This document shows positions 33,685 to 43,015 of a stretch of DNA of 64,000 bases, one piece after another. This DNA comes from an uncultured Actinomycetes bacterium (GTDB lineage Bacteria > Actinomycetota > Thermoleophilia > Gaiellales > JAICJC01), in the NCBI GenBank assembly GCA_963708725.1, contig CAVPTL010000008.1:530988-594987 (forward strand), given 5' to 3'. Every line of letters starts with the position of its first letter. Position 1 is the stretch's first letter. Under the pieces are notes generated by a model, which was not told the DNA's origin, ran no database searches, and saw nothing but the letters and a program-made list of their open reading frames with translations. The position numbers and the translations under genes are program-made.

Positions 33685-34409
33685 TAGGTCAGCGAGTCCC
33701 GGTATTTGGCGTTCCAGGTGGCGAGCGGAACGACGTGGACGGTGATCGTCATCGAGGCGTGGCCGATGCCGCAGAACTCTGCGCAGGCCCCGACAAACGT
33801 GCCCACCTGACTGGGCGTGAACCCGACGTAGTTGGTGCGGCCGGGCAACGCGTCGATCTTCGGGGCGAGCGAGGGCACCCACCAGTCGTGGTCGACGTCC
33901 TTCGACGTCACCGACAGCTTCACCGGCCGACCCACCGGGATGACCAAAATCCCGCCCGGCGCGATCTTGCCCGACGGGTAGGTGTAGGTGAACGAGAACT
34001 GCTGAGCTGTGACGTTGACGTCCATCGCGTGTGACGAGATCTTCTCAGCACTCGGGATCTTCACGAGCGTGAACACGAGGATGCCGATCACGATCAGCGC
34101 CGGCACCACCGTCCAGCCAATCTCGAGCCGCGTCGAACCGTGGGTCTGGGGCGGCTCGTGGGTGTCGCCACGGCGTTCGCGGAACCGCACCGCGGTGTAC
34201 AGCAGCCAGCCGCCCACGAGCACGAAGATCGTGAGACAGATCCCGAGCAGGCCGAAGTAGAGGCTTTTTATCGAGTCCGCATTCCCGCTATCGGGAGTGT
34301 TTGGCGTCGCCGTGTCGGCAAATGCAGGCGCGGCCGCGACCAGGAGTACCAGTAGCGCGAGCGCCGCTGCGGCGGCCCAAAGGCGGGGTCGACGATGAAA
34401 CACAGTCAC
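33684..34409 (-). CDS. cytochrome c oxidase subunit II (second copy, no fused cytochrome c)
   Basis: Signal peptide (…AAPAFA/DT), two TM helices and CuA ligands (DVDHDWWVP … CAEFCGIGHASM). Confidence 0.9.
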   Translation of the reverse strand: MTVFHRRPRLWAAAAALALLVLLVAAAPAFADTATPNTPDSGNADSIKSLYFGLLGICLTIFVLVGGWLLYTAVRFRERRGDTHEPPQTHGSTRLEIGWTVVPALIVIGILVFTLVKIPSAEKISSHAMDVNVTAQQFSFTYTYPSGKIAPGGILVIPVGRPVKLSVTSKDVDHDWWVPSLAPKIDALPGRTNYVGFTPSQVGTFVGACAEFCGIGHASMTITVHVVPLATWNAKYRDSLT

Positions 34410-34459
34410 AGGCGGGCGGATTGTACAGCGCCCCAGCGGTCGTTGGCTGCGGGGTCAGC

Positions 34460-35473
34460 TCACGAAGGCTGATCTTCGGGCGGCGTGACCTCGTCGGTGG
34501 GCGTCCTGCGGGGCGGAGGCGCGGCCGGTTTAGGTGCTTTGGGAGGGGAATTTTCGGCGGCTCCGGTCGCGAAGGCCGCGCCCATGCTGGCGACGGCGGC
34601 CATCGCATCCGACGCGCCGGAGGGCACCACGATCAGCTTGTTGGCATCGCCGGCGGCGACCGCGGGCAAGGCCTCGAGGTACTTGTAGCCGAGCACGTTG
34701 GCCGGGTCGGCGCCCGAGGTTTTGATCATCTCGAAGATCTGCCGCAGCGCTTCGGCTTCGCCCTGTGCGCGCAGCGCGCGCGCCTGGCGGTCGCCCTCGG
34801 CTCGCAGCACGTTGGCCTGCTGCTCGCCCTGGGCGTTGAGGATCGCGGCCTGCTGCAACCCCTCCGCGCGGAGGATCGCCGACTGCTTCTCGCCCTCGGC
34901 CTGGAGCACGGTGGCGCGCTTGGCCCGGTCGGCACGCATCTGCTGCTCCATCGCCTCTTGGATCGACCGCGGCGGGTCGATCGACTTGAGTTCGACGCGA
35001 GTCACCCGCACGCCCCACTTCTCGGTCGCCTCGTCGAGCACGACCCGCAGCTGGGTGTTGATCTGGTCGCGACTGGTCAGGGTGCCCTCGAGCGTCATCG
35101 CCCCGACCACGTTTCGCAGGGTCGTGATCGTCAGTTGCTCCATCGCCAGCAGCATGTTTGCGACGCCGTACACGGCCGCGGTGGGATCGGTCACCTGGTA
35201 GTAGACGATCGTGTCGACCCCGATGGTCACGTTGTCCTGGGTGATCACGGGCGTCGGTGGGAACGGCTGCACCGTCTCCTTCATGTCGACCACCATTCGC
35301 TGGCGGTCGAGGAACGGCACCAGGATGTGCACTCCCGGCTGAAGCGTGCGCTGATAGCGGCCCAGCCGCTCGACGATGCCGACGTAGCTCTGGCGGACGA
35401 CCTTCACCGACGAGGCGATACCGACCAGGACGACCAGAGCCACCAGTGCCGCGAGGATGGTGAGAATAATCAT
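34460..35473 (-). CDS. SPFH/band-7 (stomatin/HflK-C-like) membrane protein
   Basis: N-terminal TM helix, an SPFH core (…VKVVRQSYVGIVERLGRYQRTLQPGVHILVPFLD…) and an A/E/Q-rich coiled-coil tail. Confidence 0.9.
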   Translation of the reverse strand: MIILTILAALVALVVLVGIASSVKVVRQSYVGIVERLGRYQRTLQPGVHILVPFLDRQRMVVDMKETVQPFPPTPVITQDNVTIGVDTIVYYQVTDPTAAVYGVANMLLAMEQLTITTLRNVVGAMTLEGTLTSRDQINTQLRVVLDEATEKWGVRVTRVELKSIDPPRSIQEAMEQQMRADRAKRATVLQAEGEKQSAILRAEGLQQAAILNAQGEQQANVLRAEGDRQARALRAQGEAEALRQIFEMIKTSGADPANVLGYKYLEALPAVAAGDANKLIVVPSGASDAMAAVASMGAAFATGAAENSPPKAPKPAAPPPRRTPTDEVTPPEDQPS

Positions 35474-35937
35474 GGGAGTGCTCCTTCGATTTGATCGTCC
35501 GAACCGTGCACCGGCAGCACCAGCGCCGTGACGCCCTTGATCTCGACCACTTCGATCCGGGTTCCGACAGCGAGCTGCTCGCCGTCGAAGAAGCTGCGCG
35601 CGCTCCAGATGTCACCGTCGACCCGCACCTGTCCGGGCTCCAGCTCGGCGATCGCCTTGGTGACGACGCCCTTGCGCCCGCGCATCGCCTCCACCCCGGT
35701 GCGGAGCTGTGGCCCCGAGGTCGCCGCGCGCTGGAGCGCTGGGCGGGTCAGCCATAGGCCGGCGACGGCCGCAATCGCGAATGCCGCGATCTGGAGCACC
35801 AGTGGGCCTCCAACCAGACCGACGATGGCCGCGACGATTGCAGCAATACCGAAGTACACGGCCACGAATGCGGTGGTCGTGGCCTCAACGATCAGCAGCG
35901 CCACAGCGATGATGACCCAGATCACCCAGGTGTCCAT
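35470..35937 (-). CDS. NfeD-family membrane protein (partner of the SPFH protein)
   Basis: Three or four TM helices plus a C-terminal OB-like domain (…GRKGVVTKAIAELEPGQVRVDGDIWSARS…). ATGA overlap with the SPFH gene. Confidence 0.85.
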   Translation of the reverse strand: MDTWVIWVIIAVALLIVEATTTAFVAVYFGIAAIVAAIVGLVGGPLVLQIAAFAIAAVAGLWLTRPALQRAATSGPQLRTGVEAMRGRKGVVTKAIAELEPGQVRVDGDIWSARSFFDGEQLAVGTRIEVVEIKGVTALVLPVHGSDDQIEGALP

Positions 35938-36039
35938 CTGGTATCCAGCTTAGATCCCTTTTCGGTCGAGCGCATCCCCGCGAGCCACGTTTGTGGCGAA
36001 GGCACCAGCAATTTGAGCCAAGCGCTACAGTCACTTTCG

Positions 36040-37221
36040 ATGTCGCGCTCATCGATCGAGCAGATCACCGATCCCCAGGCGGTCGCATCATTGGTTGGAG
36101 TTGCCCGGGCGGAGGGGCGCTGCGCGGTCGACACCGAGTTCGTGTGGGAGCGAACCTACGCGCCGGCGCTGTGTCTGATCCAGATTGCGACCGCCGATCG
36201 GCTTGCGGTGATCGACCCGCTGTCGGGAGCGCCGCTGGAACCGATCGCCGAGCTCATGGGCGACGCGGCGGTGACCAAGGTGATGCATGCCGCGTCTGGG
36301 GATCTCGCGGCCTTCGTGCTGCACTTTGACCTGCGACCGCGCTCGATCTATGACACCCAACTCGCCGGTGGGTTCGCGGGGTTCGGGGGATCGCTCTCGC
36401 TCGAGCGGCTGTTGGACGCCTCTGTCGGGGCGAAGCTGAAGCACGACGAGGGGTTCACCGACTGGCAGAAGCGACCGTTGACCGAGACTCAGGTCGAGTA
36501 CGCGGCCGACGACGTTCGCTACCTGCTCTCGGCTGCCGACCGGCTCGACGCGCGGTTGGCGGATCTGGGGCGATCGGCCTGGCTCGCCGAAGAGCTCGAT
36601 CATCGGTTCGGACCGGGCGTTCCGCTGGTGCAGGATCCCGACACCGCCTGGCGGCGGGTGGCCGGGCGCGGCAAGCTCCGGGGGGCGCAGCTGGGCGTGC
36701 TGGTGTCGGTGGCGGCGTGGCGTGAGCGCGAGGCTCGCGAGCGGAACATGCCGGCGGCCTGGCTCGTCAAGGATGCGACGCTGGTCGAGCTGGCCCGGCG
36801 TAGGCCCAAGACTGCGGCCCAGGCCGAAGGCGTGCGCGGCTTGACGTTGCGCCGCGGAGTCCGTCTCGATGGCCTCCTGGCGGCGATCGATCAGGCGGGC
36901 GACCCGCCACCGTCCACGGAGACCGAGCTCACAGGTGACCTGCGGCGGCGGGTGCGGTCGGTGCTGCCGCTGGCCAGCTCCGTGCTCCAGGCCCGCTGTG
37001 CGGAGGCGGGGATCGCCTCAGAGCTCGTTGCCACGCGGGCGGATGTCGAGGCGTTGATCGTGCACGAGGCGCTCGGCGATGCCGACACCCAGCCGCTCAT
37101 GCACGGCTGGCGCCGCGAGCTCGCGGGTGATCGCCTGATCGCGCTTTTGCGCGGCGAGGTGTCACTTCGGGTGCTGCCGAGCGCTCCGCACATCGCGGAG
37201 ACGCCCGTGACTGCCCAGTGA
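36040..37221 (+). CDS. rnd: ribonuclease D (DEDDy 3'-5' exonuclease plus HRDC)
   Basis: DTEF…, HAASGDL…, YAADDVRYL exonuclease motifs. ATG 36040 preferred over TTG 36013. Confidence 0.85.
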   Translation: MSRSSIEQITDPQAVASLVGVARAEGRCAVDTEFVWERTYAPALCLIQIATADRLAVIDPLSGAPLEPIAELMGDAAVTKVMHAASGDLAAFVLHFDLRPRSIYDTQLAGGFAGFGGSLSLERLLDASVGAKLKHDEGFTDWQKRPLTETQVEYAADDVRYLLSAADRLDARLADLGRSAWLAEELDHRFGPGVPLVQDPDTAWRRVAGRGKLRGAQLGVLVSVAAWREREARERNMPAAWLVKDATLVELARRRPKTAAQAEGVRGLTLRRGVRLDGLLAAIDQAGDPPPSTETELTGDLRRRVRSVLPLASSVLQARCAEAGIASELVATRADVEALIVHEALGDADTQPLMHGWRRELAGDRLIALLRGEVSLRVLPSAPHIAETPVTAQ

Positions 37222-37224
37222 CGC

Positions 37225-37446
37225 CTACGCGGTGAGCGCCAGGGCGTGCTCGGCGCGTCGCAGCCGGTCGCCGTCGACGACCCGCACGCCAATCGGATAC
37301 TCGCCCTCGTCTGTGTGAGCGGCTCGATAGAGCGCCGCGGCAGTGTGCCGCGCCTTGGCGGGCTCGCTGTCACAGCCGAAAGTAACCCATCGGCCACGCT
37401 GGAATGTGCTGAATCGCAGTTGGACGTACCACATGGAATTCGACAT
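37225..37446 (-). CDS. hypothetical small protein (73 aa)
   Basis: MSNSMWYVQLRFSTFQRGRWVTFG… with GGGGAGGG 8 nt upstream of the ATG. No family recognised. Confidence 0.4.
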   Translation of the reverse strand: MSNSMWYVQLRFSTFQRGRWVTFGCDSEPAKARHTAAALYRAAHTDEGEYPIGVRVVDGDRLRRAEHALALTA

Positions 37447-37550
37447 TGTGCGAACCCTCCCCACCATAAGGCGGTCGCATCGCGAGCGCTGTCCGTTCGA
37501 AGTTTGACGCTTGAACGCCGTTTCCTTCTTGAAAACGGTGTGAGTAGCGG

Positions 37551-39311
37551 TTAGGAGCGCGAGATGGTGACGGCGCTTACCCAAGTCGCCCGATCACCCG
37601 GCGTCAGCAGACGCAGATCCGCGCCCGAGTTCTCGCGATTTCCGAAGTAGGCGTCCGGAATCTTCCACGTCAATGTTTTCCACTTCTTGCCGCCCGTCAA
37701 CGTGAACGAGTTGGCTGCGCGGGTGAAGGCGTTCTTGACTCCGTCGTACACCAGCGAGACAGGGCCGCCGCCGGTATCCAGAAGCGTTACCGCGACCGTC
37801 ATCTTGCGCCCCTTGGGAACCGCGTAGGCGAACTGGTTTTGGACGCTGAAGTACATGTATCGCCGAGGATTTCCCGCCGAGACCGCAGCGCGAGCCGCGC
37901 GTCCCATCGCAAATCCCGAGGTGGTCATCCCGTCCGAGCTGTCGAGCTGCGACAAGCCGTTGTCGGTGTTGGTGGCGCCCAGCGTCTCGGTGATTGACGA
38001 TTGGCTCGCGTACGCGCCGGGAAGCGGCGAGGCCGCGAATCGCTGCACCCAGGCGTTGGTGCGGTACAGGTATCCGTACGCACCCACGGATCCGTAGTCC
38101 TGATACCTGGCGCCCGCGCTCGGATCGCACACGATGTCGCTCCCGGTGGCCGTTTGGCCGTAGCCGGCCGGCTCGATCTGGGTGCCTTCGTGCCACTCGT
38201 TGAAGCTCGTGATCGCGATGTCTTCGAGCGGCGGACCGTTCCAGATTGCGCTCCACTGGCCATCGTAGGTGGCACCGTCCTGGCGCGGTGCTGCGATGCT
38301 GGTCGACGCCTGTGCGCAGTCGTTGGCAAAGCCCGGCGTCACGCTCGGGATCGCCCAGCCGTTGGGGGGCATGGCGAGTTCCCACTGGCGCGCAGTTTGG
38401 TAGGGGTTGTTGGTGGCCGTGGGGAGCTCGGCATACAGGTAGCCACCATCCATGTGCGCGGCCTGGAGTTCGGCCACGGTGTATTGGCCGGTGCCGAGCA
38501 CGATCCCACCTGCGGCGGAGGCGTGCACGGCGTCGATCGCGGGCTTCCAATACCCGGGTGAGACGTCGGTGGTGCAGCCCGAGCAGTACTTCGGCCACAT
38601 ACTCTGGTTGGGGTTGTAGAGCAGGAACAACCCCTGGCCCTGCGCCCGGGCGGCCGTGTTCAGGCCCGGTCGCGTCGTGCGATAGAACCCCGCGGTATCC
38701 CCGTAGCTCGAGTTCAGGTAGGCGATGTCGGAGGCGAGCGTCGCCGCGGATCGCCCGGCGTAGGGCTCGAGCTGGAAGGCCACATGCAGTCCTGCGGCCG
38801 CGGCCCGATCGAGGATCAGGGGAGTGAGCTGATCCTCAGGGCTGCCCGGACCGTCCCAGCTCTCGATCAGGACGTTGGCGCCGCTCTGGCGGATCTCGGC
38901 GAACTGGCGGTCGAGCGTCGCGGGATCAGACACTGAGTAGGGTCCGCCAAGCGGCCAGAAGTCCGACGCGATGTTCGCTGCGGATGGGTCATACGTCGGC
39001 AGGATCTGCCATCCCGCCCACGAGCCATCGAGATCGGGCGTGCCGTACCAGGGGTAGTAGAACATGAAGACGTCGTGCCCGCCGAGGGTCACCGGCGCCG
39101 GGCAGCCGGTGGTGGTTGCCTCGGCGGTGGCAGGGTCGCCGATCGCGCCGGCATTGGCGTCCTGAGGAGTGACCGTGTAGGTGCGCGTCGTCGCGCACGG
39201 CACGGTCATGTCGGTGTACTGGGGGGCGGTGGTCACCGCCGAACCGCCGTCCCAGGCGACCAGGTAGCTGGCGACGCCGGGGCTGGCCGCCCACGAGAGC
39301 GAGACGCTCAC
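37551..39311 (-). CDS. secreted glycoside hydrolase, GH99-like (endo-alpha-mannosidase fold), with N-terminal FN3-like and C-terminal beta-rich domains
   Basis: FYYPWYG… and ITSFNEWHEGTQIEP motifs as in GH99 enzymes. The frame stays open upstream to about 39428 and encodes a signal-peptide-like segment without an ATG, GTG or TTG. Confidence 0.75.
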   Translation of the reverse strand: MSVSLSWAASPGVASYLVAWDGGSAVTTAPQYTDMTVPCATTRTYTVTPQDANAGAIGDPATAEATTTGCPAPVTLGGHDVFMFYYPWYGTPDLDGSWAGWQILPTYDPSAANIASDFWPLGGPYSVSDPATLDRQFAEIRQSGANVLIESWDGPGSPEDQLTPLILDRAAAAGLHVAFQLEPYAGRSAATLASDIAYLNSSYGDTAGFYRTTRPGLNTAARAQGQGLFLLYNPNQSMWPKYCSGCTTDVSPGYWKPAIDAVHASAAGGIVLGTGQYTVAELQAAHMDGGYLYAELPTATNNPYQTARQWELAMPPNGWAIPSVTPGFANDCAQASTSIAAPRQDGATYDGQWSAIWNGPPLEDIAITSFNEWHEGTQIEPAGYGQTATGSDIVCDPSAGARYQDYGSVGAYGYLYRTNAWVQRFAASPLPGAYASQSSITETLGATNTDNGLSQLDSSDGMTTSGFAMGRAARAAVSAGNPRRYMYFSVQNQFAYAVPKGRKMTVAVTLLDTGGGPVSLVYDGVKNAFTRAANSFTLTGGKKWKTLTWKIPDAYFGNRENSGADLRLLTPGDRATWVSAVTISRS

Positions 39312-39552
39312 CTGGGTTACGGTGGTGACGGTGGCTTCGGCTGCTCGGGCCTCAGCGGCGGTGCCGAGCCAGGCGGCGGCCAGCGTGACCGCGATGGCGC
39401 CTGCGGCGATGTGCCGATGGATGGAAATGACCTCGGACCCCTCCGGGAGCGCGGCGGCTCGGAGCGATATCGCCGCACCTCCCCGTGATCGCCCATAGCG
39501 GCGACATCCGCATCGCCCGGTTGGGGGAGGTCGCAGTTAGGATGGGGCGCAG

Positions 39553-39625
39553 GCCCTCGTAGCTCAGGGGATAGAGCGCGGCTCTCCTAAGGCCGGCGTC
39601 GCAGGTTCGAATCCTGCCGAGGGCA
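39553..39625 (+). tRNA. tRNA-Arg (anticodon CCT)
   Basis: Hand-folded cloverleaf: acceptor GCCCTCG/CGAGGGC, D arm GCTC-AGGGGATA-GAGC, anticodon arm CGGCT-CTCCTAA-GGCCG, variable loop GCGTC, T arm GCAGG-TTCGAAT-CCTGC, discriminator A. 73 nt, no encoded CCA. Confidence 0.9.
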
Positions 39626-39720
39626 TGTGTGACTTGTGACCGCCGTTGCGTTTCCTGGAGGTGGATGCAAGCGGGGTGGTACCATCGGCCGTCACCGACT
39701 GTTTACCTGGAGGCATATAC

Positions 39721-40635
39721 GTGCGCCGTTTTTCCGTTCTGTTCGCCGTTCCCCTGGTCGCGACGCTCGTGCTCGCGGCCGGCTGTGGTTCAAGCTCCTC
39801 AGACTCTTCTTCGTCGAGCTCCTCGGCGTCGACCTCGACCGCTGCCGCGGGCTCCGATCCCGCCATCGCGGCGATGATGCCCTCGAACCTCCAGTCCGGG
39901 GGCTCGATCACGGTGGGCACAGACGCAAGCTATGCCCCGAATGAGTTCTTCGACACCGACAACACGACGATCATCGGCATGGACATCGACCTCGGCCACG
40001 CTATCGGCAAGCTCGAGGGCGTTCAGTGGAACTTCGTGAATGCCGGCTTCGACTCGATCATCCCGGGCATCCAGTCGGGCAAGTACCAGGTCGGCATGTC
40101 CTCGTTCACCGACAACAAGCTGCGCGAGAAGGTCGTCGACTTCGACACCTACTTTACCGCCGGCACGTCGTTCTACATCGGTGCGAACGAGCCCAAGATC
40201 AACGGCGGGCTGTCGGCGCTCTGCGGGCGCTCAGTCGGTGTTGAGAAGGGCACCACCCAGCTCGACGACACGACCGCCCAGAACAAAAAGTGCACCTCCG
40301 CCGGCAAGCCCGGGGTCAAGATCTCGGCCTTCCCCGACCAGAACGGCGCCAACGAGGCGCTCGCGGCTGGGCGTGTTCAGATCGTGATGGCCGACTCACC
40401 GGTGGCCGCGTATGCCGTAAAGCAGTCCGACGGCAAGTTCGTGCTCAGCGGCACCCCCTACGGCGAAGCGCCGTACGGCATCGCGTTTCCGAAGGACAAC
40501 CCTGATCTGACGAAGGCCAGCCTGGCTGCGCTGCAGAAGCTGATCGCGAACGGCACGTACCTCACGATCTTGAAGAAGTGGGGCGTTCAGGTTGGCGCGA
40601 TCACGAATCCTGTCGAGAATGGTGCGATCAGCTAG
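39721..40635 (+). CDS. polar amino-acid ABC transporter substrate-binding lipoprotein (SBP family 3)
   Basis: GTG start 7 nt after GGAGG. Signal peptide with lipobox LAAGC and a Ser-rich linker. …GTDASYAPNEF…GMDIDLG…GFDSIIPGIQSGKYQVGMSSFT…. Confidence 0.85.
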   Translation: MRRFSVLFAVPLVATLVLAAGCGSSSSDSSSSSSSASTSTAAAGSDPAIAAMMPSNLQSGGSITVGTDASYAPNEFFDTDNTTIIGMDIDLGHAIGKLEGVQWNFVNAGFDSIIPGIQSGKYQVGMSSFTDNKLREKVVDFDTYFTAGTSFYIGANEPKINGGLSALCGRSVGVEKGTTQLDDTTAQNKKCTSAGKPGVKISAFPDQNGANEALAAGRVQIVMADSPVAAYAVKQSDGKFVLSGTPYGEAPYGIAFPKDNPDLTKASLAALQKLIANGTYLTILKKWGVQVGAITNPVENGAIS

Positions 40636-40653
40636 ACAACGAGGCACCTGAGC

Positions 40654-41568
40654 ATGAGCACGCTGACGTCCGGAGGCCCGCCCCCGGACGGAACGCAGAG
40701 TGAGCCAATCGTCGCCATCCCCGCCCGCCATCCCGGCCGGTGGGTGGCGGCGGCGATTGTGCTTCTGCTCGCCGCACAGCTGGTCGATAGCGTCGTCACG
40801 AATCCCCGCTTCGAGTGGGGGATCGTGCGTCAGTACGTGTTCGATCCGACCGTGCTTCACGGCGTCCGGGTAACCATCGAGCTCACGATTCTCTCGATGG
40901 CTATCGGTATCGCCCTGGGGATCGTGCTGGCGGTCATGCGGCTTTCTCCCAATCCGATCGTGTCGTCGGCGGCATGGCTCTACATCTGGTTCTTCCGGGC
41001 AACGCCGCTGCTCGTCCAGCTCTTTTTCTGGGGATTCGTGGCGGCGCTCTACCCCGACATCTCCTACACGCTGCCGTTCGGTCCCCAGATCTTTTCGGAG
41101 CACGCGAATACGCTGATCCCGATCTTCGTGGCAGCTCTGCTCGGGTTGAGTCTCAACGAGGGCGCCTACATGGCCGAGATTGTTCGCGGCGGCATCCTCT
41201 CCGTGGACGACGGCCAGAATGAGGCCGCCCAGTCGATCGGGATGACCCAGCTCCAAACCATGCGCCGGGTGGTGCTCCCGCAGGCCATGCGTGTGATCAT
41301 CCCGCCCACTGGCAACGAGGTGATCTCGATGCTCAAGAACACGTCGCTGGTGAGCGTGCTGGGCTACACCGAGCTGCTCTACTCGGTGCAGATCATCTAT
41401 GCCCGTAACTACCAGACGATTCCGCTCCTGATCGTCGCGTGCATCTGGTACATGATCCTGACCTCGATCCTGTACGTCTTCCAGGGCTACATCGAGAGGC
41501 GCTTCTCGAGGGGCCAGACCCGAGACGTGGCTCGCCAGCGGTTCATGCGGTTCGGGCAGGGGCGATGA
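40654..41568 (+). CDS. amino-acid ABC transporter permease (His/Glu/Gln/Arg/opine family)
   Basis: [46 protein letters not shown] is the typical EAA loop region. Confidence 0.9.
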   Translation: MSTLTSGGPPPDGTQSEPIVAIPARHPGRWVAAAIVLLLAAQLVDSVVTNPRFEWGIVRQYVFDPTVLHGVRVTIELTILSMAIGIALGIVLAVMRLSPNPIVSSAAWLYIWFFRATPLLVQLFFWGFVAALYPDISYTLPFGPQIFSEHANTLIPIFVAALLGLSLNEGAYMAEIVRGGILSVDDGQNEAAQSIGMTQLQTMRRVVLPQAMRVIIPPTGNEVISMLKNTSLVSVLGYTELLYSVQIIYARNYQTIPLLIVACIWYMILTSILYVFQGYIERRFSRGQTRDVARQRFMRFGQGR

Positions 41569-42341
41569 GCAGCGACGGTTGGCATCCGATGGTCGAAGCG
41601 GTCGGCGTGCGCAAGTCGTTCGGTCGTACCGAGGTGCTGCGGGGCATCGATTTGGAGGTCAAGCGCGGCGAGGTGTTCTGCATCGTCGGGCCTTCGGGCT
41701 CGGGCAAGTCCACGTTCCTGCGCTGCATCAATCACCTCGAGCGGGTCAATGCCGGCCGGCTTTCGGTCGACGGCGAGCTCGTGGGGTACCGCCGCAAGGG
41801 CGACAAGCTGTACGAGTTGCGCGAGAAGGAGGTCGCCCACAAACGGGCCGAGATCGGGATGGTGTTCCAGCGCTTCAACCTGTTCCCGCACATGACGGCG
41901 CTCGGCAACATCGTGGAGGGGCCGCTGCGAGTCAAGCGCGAGCCCAAGACCGAGGTGCGCGAGCGGGCGCAGATGCTGCTCGACCGCGTCGGACTCGGTG
42001 ATCGCGGCGACGCGTATCCGCGGGAGTTGTCGGGCGGCCAGCAGCAGCGAATCGCAATCGCCCGCGCGCTCGCGATGCGGCCGAAGCTGATGCTGTTCGA
42101 CGAGCCCACCTCGGCGCTCGATCCCGAGCTGGTCGGCGAGGTGCTCGACGTCATGCGCGGACTCGTCGGCGAGGGGATGACCATGATCCTGGTGACCCAC
42201 GAGATGGGTTTCGCGCGCGAGGTGGGAGACGCCATCGTCTTCATGGACGACGGCGTGATCGTCGAGAAGGGCCACCCTCGCGAGGTCCTGACCAACCCAC
42301 AGCACGAGCGCACCCGGGCCTTCCTGAGCAAGGTGCTATGA
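41565..42341 (+). CDS. amino-acid ABC transporter ATP-binding protein (GlnQ-like)
   Basis: Walker [10 protein letters not shown], signature LSGGQQQR and Walker [12 protein letters not shown]. The ATG overlaps the permease stop (ATGA). Confidence 0.9.
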   Translation: MSSDGWHPMVEAVGVRKSFGRTEVLRGIDLEVKRGEVFCIVGPSGSGKSTFLRCINHLERVNAGRLSVDGELVGYRRKGDKLYELREKEVAHKRAEIGMVFQRFNLFPHMTALGNIVEGPLRVKREPKTEVRERAQMLLDRVGLGDRGDAYPRELSGGQQQRIAIARALAMRPKLMLFDEPTSALDPELVGEVLDVMRGLVGEGMTMILVTHEMGFAREVGDAIVFMDDGVIVEKGHPREVLTNPQHERTRAFLSKVL

Positions 42342-43015
42342 CCTTCTCGCTTGCCGCTGTTGATCGGTCCACCGGCATGTCCGGGATCGTTGTCAGCTCG
42401 TCCAGTCCATGCGTCGCGGCGCGGTGCGCGCACGCCCGAGCCGGCGTCGGGGCAGCGGCGTCGCAGAACGTGACAGACCCGCGGCTGGGGCCAAAACTGC
42501 TCGACCTCGTGGCAGCGGGCCACACGCCCGCCGACGCAATCGCGGTCGCCCTCGCCGACGAGCCACACGCAGCCTTTCGGCAGCTGACCGTGGTGTCTCT
42601 CGCCGGGCAGACCGCGGCGTTCTCGGGCGAGCAGACACTGGGCTTGTACGCCAGCAGTGAGGGCGACGGTGCCGTGGCTGCGGGGAACCTGCTGGCCGAC
42701 GGTTCGGTGCCCGAGGCGATGGTCGCGGCGTTTGCCTCCACCGCCGGCCATCTCGGCGCGCGGCTGGTGGCGGCGCTCGCCGCCGGACTTGCGGCCGGTG
42801 GTGAGGAGGGGCCGGTTCGATCGGCGGGGATGTTGGTGGTCGACCGCGTCAGCTGGCCGGTCGCGGATCTGCGGGTGGACTGGGACGACTCACCGATCGA
42901 ACGGTTGTCCGATCTTTGGGATGTGTGGGAGCCTCAGCTCGCCGACTACGTCACGCGTGCGCTCGACCCCACGGTCGCACCCAGCTACGGCGTGCCCGGC
43001 GACCCGGCAGCCTAG
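42338..43015 (+). CDS. DUF1028-family (Ntn-hydrolase-like) protein
   Basis: [44 protein letters not shown]… is typical of the DUF1028 N-terminus. ATGA overlap with the ATPase gene. Confidence 0.75.
   Translation: MTFSLAAVDRSTGMSGIVVSSSSPCVAARCAHARAGVGAAASQNVTDPRLGPKLLDLVAAGHTPADAIAVALADEPHAAFRQLTVVSLAGQTAAFSGEQTLGLYASSEGDGAVAAGNLLADGSVPEAMVAAFASTAGHLGARLVAALAAGLAAGGEEGPVRSAGMLVVDRVSWPVADLRVDWDDSPIERLSDLWDVWEPQLADYVTRALDPTVAPSYGVPGDPAA

Noticed and set aside
39312-39720. Integrated mobile element or genomic island at tRNA-Arg(CCT).
   Set aside because: No integrase, excisionase or transposase is present, and I saw no direct repeat of the tRNA 3' end downstream. The flanking genes are ordinary metabolic and transport genes.
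39564-39920. 118-aa minus-strand ORF and other ORFs overlapping the tRNA-Arg gene and the start of the binding-protein gene.
   Set aside because: It overlaps a well-folding tRNA and the signal peptide of a confidently called lipoprotein on the other strand, and it has no supporting features.
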